The notes beneath the pieces were generated by a model, which ran no database searches, was not told the DNA's origin, and saw nothing but the letters and a program-made list of their open reading frames with translations. This document shows, one piece after another, positions 19,928 to 28,830 of a stretch of 64,000 nucleotides of DNA (position 1 is the first letter of the stretch; the number at the start of each line of letters is the position of its first letter). The stretch covers positions 96,001 through 160,000 of the forward strand of contig JAEOTO010000031.1 in NCBI GenBank assembly GCA_016839805.1. Direction: 5' to 3'. The position numbers were made by a program, and so were the translations under genes. This DNA is from Candidatus Hermodarchaeota archaeon (GTDB lineage Archaea; Asgardarchaeota; Hermodarchaeia; Hermodarchaeales; Hermodarchaeaceae).

Positions 19928-22900
19928 ATGCGGGTCTCTAACTCGTGCAAGTACGCGATAATATTAGCCATCATTATATTCCTTACAATTCCATTAACAT
20001 CGTTTAATGGCACCATGTTCTTAAACAACACTACTGATTTGGCTTCAACAAATTTAAACATGAGAAGAGCGCCGATTCTACCAGGACCCGATTTAGGCAT
20101 ATCCAATTGGACCTCCAATCGATTTCAGAACCCAGAGTTCGAAGATTGGACTACTCCAACTGAATGTGACGGATGGGATAAGGTTACTAGTCCGGATCGC
20201 TTCCACTGGGCGGCACAAACCCCATATCCGGTAAATGAAGGAACCTACTCAGGTGGAGTGCAGATCAGAGATACAACTGCCACAGCAGACCTAAAACTGA
20301 TGCAAAACTCCATTGGTGCAGATATGTCAAATCTTAGCCTCTCCTTTGATTGGTACTTAGATCAGGTTAGCGATCCCTCTGTGGATTTCCTAAGACTTGA
20401 AATTATAATCGTGGATACTGGACCAGGTCCTGATTACAATATCTATTATTACCTAAATGATACCGCCGTTGGATTTTTCAATCAGACCCTCGTCGCTCAT
20501 TATATCATTAATGATCCACCCCATCAATGGAACCTCTTCAGTCGTAATATTACAGACGATTTTGTACAGGTTCCATCATTTCCTGGGTCAGTTTGGTCAT
20601 CGCTTGAAGTGGATGAAGTTAATATCTGGATGAGGGCCGCAGACCAGTCCACACAGTATGTTCGTGTTTTTATTGACGATATGCGATTGATCAATGCGAC
20701 CAATAACCATGGATGGGTTAACCAGACAATACGCAACGGTAACTTTGAGACCGGCGATCTAACTGATTGGAGTTTTGAATCGCCTAATACGAATCAAGGG
20801 TTTATAGAAAGTAGCACAACTGCGATTTCAGGAACTTTAAGTGCTAACGTCACAGCGAACTCGTTAGGGAATGAGAGCTTCGTTTATTTCCTCGATGCTC
20901 CAGAAGCTCGATTAACTAGTTTGAACCCAGGCATTATAAAGTTTCAATGGCATCTTGAACTTCAAAATCCCAACGAAAACACTCTGGCTTTAATTCATTT
21001 AAGGTGTCATGACGGAATTAGCAGTGTTCACATATATTATCTTCTGACATATTATATGGAAGTTAGTCCCTACCAAAATACGACAAATCAACTTGCTATT
21101 CACGTCGATAATTTCAACACCACAGGTAGCTGGAACTCCTTTGCACGTAACATATGGAACGACGCTATAGGGTCCTTTTCCGGAAACGAAGTTCACGTCG
21201 ATTTCTTTGAAATAGAAGTTCATGCCGAAGGGTACAATTCACAAACAGAACTCTTAATTGACCAATCCTCTCTCCGAGCGGCAGCAATTAATGGAGCTGG
21301 TTTCGAAGACCAACCCGCTGTAGGTTCACGCGTTCGGGGCTGGTATCGAACGTATTCAACTTTTCTTGTTACTGATGAAACACAAGCTGATGGTGGGCTT
21401 AAAGCAGCCAACTTGACGTTAGAAAGCGGATCCTTTAATCTCTATCAGACCATGCAATGGAGACCATTGAATGCTACACGGGAAACCTACTTAGATGTAA
21501 TGTGGAACATCAACGATACTGTAGCAGCGAATCAAGTTTGGTTCCGCCTTTCATTAAATGATGGAACCGAACTTAATTACTACATGAATGGACCAGCAGA
21601 GGGCTCCAACTCAAGTACGGAAGCCCACTTCAATGTCACCAGTTTTGGCACCACTGGTTCGTGGATTCAAATGCACCGTGATCTCAATCACGATTATGAA
21701 TCCGTTTTCGGTTCATTGCCCAATACCAGGATGGAAAGACTTTCCCTTCGAGCCGATACTGCAGGAGGTGGTCGACTAGAAATCCTTTTCGATGACTTAT
21801 ACATGTATGATGATCCTGCACCACGCATTACCAATGTTGCCCATGATCCTGTTAACCCTGGTATACTTCAAGATGTGAACGTGACCGCCGAAGTTGTGGA
21901 TCAAGACCTTACTCTTGTCGAACTGGATTATCGCGTCTATATTGGCAGTTGGAGTGGTTGGACGAATATCGAGATGGACTACTTAGCTGGTGATACATAT
22001 AATGCCACCATTCCGGGACAAGTATCAGGTGCAGTTGTCCAATATAATATCTCAGCGACGGATGCATGGGGATTGACAATTGTCTCCTTGGATAATGGCA
22101 ACCCGTGGAGTTATACAGTTGAAGATGTAGACCCACCAAGTATCAATAGTGTTGAGCAAGATCCTACAACAGTAAGGTACACCAATACAGTTGATGTCAC
22201 GGCAAATGTGACGGATGGGGGACTTGTTTCTAGTGTCAAGTTATTCTATACCACAAATGGATGGACAACCTCCGATAATTTCACAATGACTCATACTACC
22301 GGAGACCTTTTTGAAGCTACGATACCAATGCAGAGCTATGGGACCACAGTCCAATATTATATCAATGCCACTGATTCAGCAGATAATTGGACTGTTGATG
22401 ATAATGGGGGCAGTTATTACAGCTATACCGTCATTGATGACATAGATCCGGTTATAAGCGATGTAAGTCATTCTCCGGACCCTGTGGAATATGATGATTC
22501 ACCAATTACCATTACCTGCACTGTTTCCGATCCAGGAAGTGGAGTTGTCACAGTTACATTATATTACAGCACCGATGGATGGGCTTCCTCGAATCCCGTT
22601 ATCATGACAGGTACAGACACCTATACTGGAAATATTCCGGGTCCATATGCCACGGGAACAACTGTCTTGTATAACATCTCAGCCACTGATGGAGCAGGTA
22701 ATTCATTTCTCGATGACAATGGCGGGATTTCATACAGCTTCGCTGTTGAAGATAATACAGACCCACAAATTACTAATGTGGGTCATTCTCCAGATCCTGT
22801 GGAAGCTGATGATGTAGACGTGACCGTGAGTTGTGATGTTATAGACCCAGGTAGCGGAGTCAACACTGTCACTCTGTGGTACCGACTTGATGGGGGTACT

Positions 22901-25021
22901 TGGACCTTATTAGTAATGACACACACCACTGGTGACCAATATCAGGTTGATATTCCTGCCCAATCATTTGGAACTTTTGTCGAATATTATATTGTGGCAA
23001 CAGATAATGCAGCCAATAGTGCAACAGAGGACAATGGCGGCAGCTATTACAGTTATACTGTTACAGATGCGACACCACCATTGATTTCTAGTGTCAGTCA
23101 TACACCGACACCTGTTGAATACTCTGACAGCCCAGTAGTCGGGTGTGATGTCACGGACACTGGTAGTGGTGTCAACACAGTTATCCTCTACTACCGGGTG
23201 AACGGCGGTAGTTGGTTTCAAGTGATAATGGGCTACACCACAGGCGACCGCTATGAGGGGACTATCCCCATGCAGTCTTGGAATGACATCGTGCAGTTTT
23301 ATATCAATGCCACCGATAACATGGACAACTGGACTGTGGATGACGATGGCGGCAGCTATTATAGTTATACGGTTCAGGACAATACCGAACCCATTATCAA
23401 TAATATAGACCGAACTCCTAACAATGTTGAATACACCGATACTCCAGTAGTGAGTTGTGATGCTTCCGATGTGGGAAGTGACATCAATCAAGTCCGATTA
23501 CGATATCGAATCAATGGTGGTGCGTGGACATGGGTAACCATGACTCACACAACAGGTGACACCTATGAATACACGCTTTCCCTCTATGGCTATGACACGC
23601 TGGTTGAGTACTATTTTGAAGCCCGGGATAATGCCTTGAATGTCGCAATCGATGACAACGGTGGAAGTTACTACAGCTATCGTGTTGGTGACTACACCGA
23701 TCCAGGTATTAGCAATGTTGATCAGACACCCACCATTGTCGAGTACGATGATAGCCCTGTAGCAGGTTGTGATGTCACCGATGCAGGAAGCGGTATTAGC
23801 ACCGTCGTCTTATACTACCGCGTTGATGGCGCTGGATGGCTCCAAGTAGTGATGAGTCACACTGGAGGTGATCACTATGAAGCCTCGATACCCATCCAGA
23901 GTTGGAACAGCGATGTCGATTATTACGTGAACGCAACCGATGTCGCAGGGAACTGGGTAGTCGATGATGACGGGGGAGCTTACTACAGCTACACTGTCGT
24001 GGACAACACCGACCCCATAATCAGTGGCGTAAGTCACACTCCACTGGTCGTCACTCCCTTTGATCCTGCAGTGGTTGGGTGTGATGTATCCGAACTAGGT
24101 AGCGGAGTTAGTTCAGTCCAATTACATTATCGTGTCGACGGAGGCACTTGGATTATTGTTGTTATGAGTCATACCACTGGCGACCACTATGAAGGTACTA
24201 TTCCGGCGCAGGTATTGGACAGTTTCGTTGAATATTATGTCAATGCAACGGACAATGCTGCAAATAACGCTGTTGACGATAATGGTGGTACCTACTATAC
24301 CTATACGGTGGGTGATACAGTCTCGCCTGAAATTTCCAATGTAGGTCATTCTCCTTCACCTGTTGAGTATGATGATAGTCCAGTTGTAAGCTGTGATGTC
24401 GTTGATATCGGGAGTTCCATTGCAAGTGTAGTGTTAGCCTACAGGCTAGATGGAGGAGCATGGGCTTATGTCTCGATGACACACACCACTGGTGACCGCT
24501 ACGAATACACGCTTCCAATACTATCCCTGGGAACTTTGGTTGAGTATTTCATTAACGCGACCGACATCATGGATAATTGGATTGTGGATGACAATGGCGG
24601 CAGCTATTACAGTTATAGTGTGATTGATACCACGGACCCATCAGTGAGCATTACTTCACCTGATGCGGATGCCATTGTAGCTGGGTTAATCACTATTGCA
24701 ATGAGTGCCACGGATCCTGGTAGTGGAATCGCTCGAATCGAAATATTCGTAGATGGCACCGAAGTTGCTGAGCTCACAAGTCAACCGTTTAATTATTCGT
24801 GGAATACAATGCTGGTGCTGGATGGGGAGCATACTATTACAGTGACTGCGTATGACTATGCGGATAATCAAGCCACAGATTCGATTGATATTGTCGTTCT
24901 TAATTTCCCAACTTTTCCGTCACCCGTCCTAGTTTTTGCCTTCGTGGCAATAGTTCTCACTCTTGTGATTGCCCTCGTTGGTGTTCTCGTGTACAGGCGT
25001 CGAAGAAAAAAAACTAGCTGA
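19928..25021 (+). CDS. Large cell-surface glycoprotein: signal peptide, 3 jelly-roll/CBM-like domains, 9 Ig-like repeats, Big domain, C-terminal TM anchor
   Basis: N-terminal hydrophobic signal; repeated N.xFE ... W..F.RNI ... IDD motifs; nine ~104-aa repeats ending DDNGGSYYSY.V; DGEHTITVTAYD; TM followed by RRRRKK; many NxT/S sequons. Confidence 0.9.
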   Translation: MRVSNSCKYAIILAIIIFLTIPLTSFNGTMFLNNTTDLASTNLNMRRAPILPGPDLGISNWTSNRFQNPEFEDWTTPTECDGWDKVTSPDRFHWAAQTPYPVNEGTYSGGVQIRDTTATADLKLMQNSIGADMSNLSLSFDWYLDQVSDPSVDFLRLEIIIVDTGPGPDYNIYYYLNDTAVGFFNQTLVAHYIINDPPHQWNLFSRNITDDFVQVPSFPGSVWSSLEVDEVNIWMRAADQSTQYVRVFIDDMRLINATNNHGWVNQTIRNGNFETGDLTDWSFESPNTNQGFIESSTTAISGTLSANVTANSLGNESFVYFLDAPEARLTSLNPGIIKFQWHLELQNPNENTLALIHLRCHDGISSVHIYYLLTYYMEVSPYQNTTNQLAIHVDNFNTTGSWNSFARNIWNDAIGSFSGNEVHVDFFEIEVHAEGYNSQTELLIDQSSLRAAAINGAGFEDQPAVGSRVRGWYRTYSTFLVTDETQADGGLKAANLTLESGSFNLYQTMQWRPLNATRETYLDVMWNINDTVAANQVWFRLSLNDGTELNYYMNGPAEGSNSSTEAHFNVTSFGTTGSWIQMHRDLNHDYESVFGSLPNTRMERLSLRADTAGGGRLEILFDDLYMYDDPAPRITNVAHDPVNPGILQDVNVTAEVVDQDLTLVELDYRVYIGSWSGWTNIEMDYLAGDTYNATIPGQVSGAVVQYNISATDAWGLTIVSLDNGNPWSYTVEDVDPPSINSVEQDPTTVRYTNTVDVTANVTDGGLVSSVKLFYTTNGWTTSDNFTMTHTTGDLFEATIPMQSYGTTVQYYINATDSADNWTVDDNGGSYYSYTVIDDIDPVISDVSHSPDPVEYDDSPITITCTVSDPGSGVVTVTLYYSTDGWASSNPVIMTGTDTYTGNIPGPYATGTTVLYNISATDGAGNSFLDDNGGISYSFAVEDNTDPQITNVGHSPDPVEADDVDVTVSCDVIDPGSGVNTVTLWYRLDGGTWTLLVMTHTTGDQYQVDIPAQSFGTFVEYYIVATDNAANSATEDNGGSYYSYTVTDATPPLISSVSHTPTPVEYSDSPVVGCDVTDTGSGVNTVILYYRVNGGSWFQVIMGYTTGDRYEGTIPMQSWNDIVQFYINATDNMDNWTVDDDGGSYYSYTVQDNTEPIINNIDRTPNNVEYTDTPVVSCDASDVGSDINQVRLRYRINGGAWTWVTMTHTTGDTYEYTLSLYGYDTLVEYYFEARDNALNVAIDDNGGSYYSYRVGDYTDPGISNVDQTPTIVEYDDSPVAGCDVTDAGSGISTVVLYYRVDGAGWLQVVMSHTGGDHYEASIPIQSWNSDVDYYVNATDVAGNWVVDDDGGAYYSYTVVDNTDPIISGVSHTPLVVTPFDPAVVGCDVSELGSGVSSVQLHYRVDGGTWIIVVMSHTTGDHYEGTIPAQVLDSFVEYYVNATDNAANNAVDDNGGTYYTYTVGDTVSPEISNVGHSPSPVEYDDSPVVSCDVVDIGSSIASVVLAYRLDGGAWAYVSMTHTTGDRYEYTLPILSLGTLVEYFINATDIMDNWIVDDNGGSYYSYSVIDTTDPSVSITSPDADAIVAGLITIAMSATDPGSGIARIEIFVDGTEVAELTSQPFNYSWNTMLVLDGEHTITVTAYDYADNQATDSIDIVVLNFPTFPSPVLVFAFVAIVLTLVIALVGVLVYRRRRKKTS
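21809..24625 (+). repeat. Nine tandem intragenic Ig-like repeats (~313 nt unit)
   Basis: Recurring D..P.I..V.H.P..VEY.D...V.CDV.D.GSG ... MTHTTGD.Y ... YYINATD...N..VDDNGG. Confidence 0.85.
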
Positions 25022-25024
25022 AAA

Positions 25025-25058
25025 GCCTAGCTCACGCTGGGCGCCTATTCCTTTTTAA
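25025..25058 (+). terminator. Hairpin plus T-tract between convergent genes
   Basis: GCCTAGC-TCAC-GCTGGGC followed by ...CCTTTTT. Confidence 0.4.
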
Positions 25059-25079
25059 TGGCTACGGGTAGGTCATCTG

Positions 25080-26945
25080 CTAAAACTTGAAGCCTTTCAC
25101 TTGTGTACGAGTCGATTCAATTATTTGACGTGTGTGTACAAGCTGCCAAATCCGGTTGATATCTTGATGCACTAAGAAGTCGTGGGATAACCGATCCTTG
25201 CTTGTTTTATTCCGTTCGGTGTATCGGGGAACGACTTTTCTAATAACGTCATATGTAATTTGTGAACCAAGCCCGAGGGTTATGGGTTTTCCTAATCTGC
25301 GGATATCGATTCCTTGGATGGCACAGAGCAATTCGATGGCAATGATATGTTCCACATTGGATACGATTTCACGTGCTTGTCTGGCGGAGATTGTGCCCAT
25401 GCTGACATGATCTTCCTGGTTGGCTGCCGTGGGAATAGAGGTAATACTTGCCGGTGTGCAGAGGGTCTGACATTCAGCCAAGAGAGCCGCCGCAGTGATG
25501 TGAGCAAGACCTAGACCAAAATAGACTCCTTGATCTGCAAGTGTTGGATGCACTAGAAGAAGGGGAAGCCCATTACTCAGTTTATTATCGATTAATCTTG
25601 CGATGCGGCGTTCAGCAATGCTTGCAATACTAGTTATGGCGATACCAAGAAAGTCCATAGCCAAGGCAATTGGTTGACCGTGAAAGTTTCCTCCAGAAAG
25701 AAATGTCTTTGAGGTAGGAAAAATCAGTGGATTATCAGTTGCTGAATTCATCTCAATAGTAATGGTTTGTTCGGCAAATAAGATAGCATCTCGGACTGCA
25801 CCTAACACCTGGGGTGTACATCGGATTGAGTAGGCATCCTGTACACGCCGAGTTTTTTGAGCCATCTCGATAGCCGCATCAATCGCTTGAGGAGAAACAC
25901 CCAGTGTCTTAAGGTGTTTTATGACGCGATTTCGTTTTGCCTTCAAGAGATTTGCCGACTTTGGTGGTTCAACTGGTATTTGTTGATCGATTGCGAGAAT
26001 TGTGTGGATGGTTTCGCTCAGGATTGATTCTAAAGCTTCATGTTCTTCTTGGGAGTCCTGGGGAAGTGTGTCATGAAAGTGACTTGTTGCTTTTTCTGCT
26101 TCATCTGCACGTTGTTGAGAGGTTAGCACTTGTGTGCTTCCCGTGAGGAGCGAGGTGAGGTTTTGTGCTGTTTGTAGTTGTCCAGAATGTGGTCGTAATT
26201 GATTTATGCGCGGATCAAAGGCATCAAGAACTCCTTCGAGAGCTTCAATTGATAGGGCCGCAGCGATTTCCGCCGTTCCGAGAAGAGCTTTGGCATCGGA
26301 TATAGCTAGCGCGGCAAGTGCAGTCATAATTTGGGTGCCATTGATGAGTGCAATTCCCTCTTTGGCTTCTAATTGAATTGGTTTAAGACCCGCTCGTTTC
26401 AAAGCCTCTGCTCCAGGGAGGATTTCCCCATTATATTCGGCTTCTCCTTCACCAAGAAGAACTAGAACCATATGAGAGAGCGGGGCCAAGTCACCACTTG
26501 CACCCACAGAGCCCTTTTCGGGTATTATGGGGTGCACTCCGTTGTTAAGAAGGTCAACGAGGAGCTGTAATGTTGAGAGTTGAATTCCCGAATGTCCTTT
26601 TACCAGCGTATTAGCTCGAAGTAGCATGGCAGCGCGAACCACTTCTATGGGAAGTGGTGCCCCAACTCCAGCTGAGTGACTGATGATGAGGTTGTGTTGC
26701 AATTTTCGGGCTTTATCACTAGAGACAATAACTTCACTGAAGGGTCCAAAACCGGTTGTTACACCGTAAATAACCTCTCCAGATTCCATCCATTGTTGAA
26801 CTAGTTTTGCTGCTCTTTCAACTTTAACCTTAGCTTTGGGCGATATAGACACATTTCCTCCATTACGTGCTATGGTAACTAATTGCTCAATCGTAAGAGT
26901 TTCACCATCAAGTTCGATTTTTTTTCTGCTCATCTTCTTCACCAT
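25080..26945 (-). CDS. hutH: Histidine ammonia-lyase with an ~85-aa internal insertion
   Basis: YGVTTGFG, MIO-forming GASGDLAPL, KEGIALING, RVQDAYSIRC.PQV.G, DNP, GGNFHG, NQEDHVSMG. Confidence 0.95.
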   Translation of the reverse strand: MVKKMSRKKIELDGETLTIEQLVTIARNGGNVSISPKAKVKVERAAKLVQQWMESGEVIYGVTTGFGPFSEVIVSSDKARKLQHNLIISHSAGVGAPLPIEVVRAAMLLRANTLVKGHSGIQLSTLQLLVDLLNNGVHPIIPEKGSVGASGDLAPLSHMVLVLLGEGEAEYNGEILPGAEALKRAGLKPIQLEAKEGIALINGTQIMTALAALAISDAKALLGTAEIAAALSIEALEGVLDAFDPRINQLRPHSGQLQTAQNLTSLLTGSTQVLTSQQRADEAEKATSHFHDTLPQDSQEEHEALESILSETIHTILAIDQQIPVEPPKSANLLKAKRNRVIKHLKTLGVSPQAIDAAIEMAQKTRRVQDAYSIRCTPQVLGAVRDAILFAEQTITIEMNSATDNPLIFPTSKTFLSGGNFHGQPIALAMDFLGIAITSIASIAERRIARLIDNKLSNGLPLLLVHPTLADQGVYFGLGLAHITAAALLAECQTLCTPASITSIPTAANQEDHVSMGTISARQAREIVSNVEHIIAIELLCAIQGIDIRRLGKPITLGLGSQITYDVIRKVVPRYTERNKTSKDRLSHDFLVHQDINRIWQLVHTRQIIESTRTQVKGFKF

Positions 26946-27063
26946 TTTGATACTGCTTGCCTTACATCACTAGGTAAAAAGGTTTCATCCTACAAGATTA
27001 TGGTCTTTTTAGTGATTAATTCTTCTTGAAGTAAAAAATAAGCGTTCCCTAGAAATAGGAGTA

Positions 27064-28680
27064 TTAGTTTTTCTTTTGGAGAGTGATCTCTATTTCGCTT
27101 ATTCCTCCCCATTTAGATTTTTTTCCTGTGGGGTAGTAAGTATCAATTTGTATAGCTTCTTCGTCCATTGTAAGATCGGGTTCATATTTAGTTCTCAGGA
27201 GTTCAGCAACATCCACAGCGCGGTAAATCAGTCGACCTCGGGCCTTAATTGTTACTGATTGATTTTTCTTTATTTGACTAATGCACGCCCAAACGTAGTC
27301 CATCAATCGTTTTTTCCCAACGAATATGACGTCTTTCAACCAAAATCGTTCGAGGAGTTGCTGATCACGAAGAGCTTCTTCTGTAGGAGTGGGTACTTTT
27401 TCTGAGACAGCCTTTGTGACAAGAGTTGGTTTTTCCTCTGGAAAAGGTTCTTGTGTTGGTATAGGGACTTTTCGTTCGATCTTTTCGATTCTAGGTAATG
27501 TTGAAAATCCAAGAATTTGTGGACTTACCATTTCCCCAATATCCATTGGAACAGCTTCATCTTCTTCTTGTTCGGGAATTGAAGGCGGCTTTTCAGGTTC
27601 TTTACTTTGGTATACATCGAGTTTCTTAATTTCTTGCTCAAGAGCTTCTAAAGTGAAGCGTTTCCTGGGCTGCCAACTGTCGATACGCTCAAGAATGGCT
27701 TGAATTAAATCTGGATTCTTTGTGAAAATTCCTGCCTCATCCCTAGAATTCCAACTCTCGGTTGTAAGATTTTGCGAGGAGATAATTGCTGCCTCTTTAT
27801 CGACAATTAGACAATTTGCATGTAAATTAGGACAAGATTCGATAAGTATCCGATTGGACAATAACATTTCAAGCGCTTCAGGATCTGATTGTTCATTCAC
27901 CCAGTGTTGCCAATCAACCCAAGTAATAAAACGAGCTTGAACTTCATCAGAGATTGTTTGTAAAATGACTTCCGCAACATCATTTGTAATATAGGGAGAT
28001 ACTAATAACACGAATTGCCGAGCGGAAGATAACAGGTCTATGACTAAATCATTTAGACCATTCGAGGTATTGATGAAGACACTTTTGCTATTTCGGGGTA
28101 AAACGGAGGAAAGAGAATACCTTTGTTTATCTTGAGGATAATCTGAATATTCATCAGTAAATGCCAGAAAATACGCCCTTGCCTCCTTCACGAGCTTTCT
28201 TTGCTTTGATACGATTACAAGATCACGGAGAGTTTTTAGATCCCTTGTTATGAAATTTGCTGAACCCACCGCAACTGCTTTCTCTGTTAACATCAATTTG
28301 AAATGAATCCTGGGTCGATTGGCAATCTCAACCTCTAAATTCTGAACTCCGGAAATACCTTTAACCTGCTCAGCATCTATTTTGCTTCCGAGAATTATCC
28401 GAAATCGAAGGTAGTCAGCAGCGTCATTAAGAAGGGCTGATACTAGCTTTTTCTCGATACGGGGAAAGGCGAGCCACAAATCTTTTTCTGCTAAGTCAAC
28501 CATTGAAGAATACTCAGGTCCAATAGCGTGCTCTGCTAAATATACCAGGGATTTTCGTTCCAACTCCTCAGGAACAGAAAGTATCATTTGTATAAATGGA
28601 ATGATTTCCTCCTTGAACTCCATAAATATCATGAGAATTACAGAACCAATGATTAGCGTCATGAAGATCGCGGGAAACAT
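27064..28680 (-). CDS. Tandem phospholipase D-like (HKD) nuclease domains fused to a C-terminal Alba domain
   Basis: IHFKLMLTE...GSANF; SARQFVLLVSPYIT; LHANCLIVD...SSQNLT....DEAGI; C-terminal IFVGKK.LMDYV..VTIKARGR.I.RAVDVAE...IS.IEI.L (Alba). Confidence 0.82.
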   Translation of the reverse strand: MFPAIFMTLIIGSVILMIFMEFKEEIIPFIQMILSVPEELERKSLVYLAEHAIGPEYSSMVDLAEKDLWLAFPRIEKKLVSALLNDAADYLRFRIILGSKIDAEQVKGISGVQNLEVEIANRPRIHFKLMLTEKAVAVGSANFITRDLKTLRDLVIVSKQRKLVKEARAYFLAFTDEYSDYPQDKQRYSLSSVLPRNSKSVFINTSNGLNDLVIDLLSSARQFVLLVSPYITNDVAEVILQTISDEVQARFITWVDWQHWVNEQSDPEALEMLLSNRILIESCPNLHANCLIVDKEAAIISSQNLTTESWNSRDEAGIFTKNPDLIQAILERIDSWQPRKRFTLEALEQEIKKLDVYQSKEPEKPPSIPEQEEDEAVPMDIGEMVSPQILGFSTLPRIEKIERKVPIPTQEPFPEEKPTLVTKAVSEKVPTPTEEALRDQQLLERFWLKDVIFVGKKRLMDYVWACISQIKKNQSVTIKARGRLIYRAVDVAELLRTKYEPDLTMDEEAIQIDTYYPTGKKSKWGGISEIEITLQKKN

Positions 28681-28830
28681 ATTTCGTAAGGTCTCCCAGT
28701 GGCTGGAAATTCAGACCCCATAAGGAAACATGTCATTTATTTATTTTTGGCAAAAATGTGACATTTGACCCACTTTTTCACTTCTTTCCATTTTTTGCTG
28801 TTTTTCGGAAAAAACGCCCAATGTCTTGCA

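Noticed and set aside
21809-24625. Periodic DNA similarity suggestive of a CRISPR array or DGR repeats
   Set aside because: Degenerate in-frame protein repeats; no constant 25-45-nt repeat with spacers, no reverse transcriptase and no adenine-specific variation
25851-26120. Intein in HutH
   Set aside because: No N-terminal Cys/Ser block or C-terminal His-Asn, and too short
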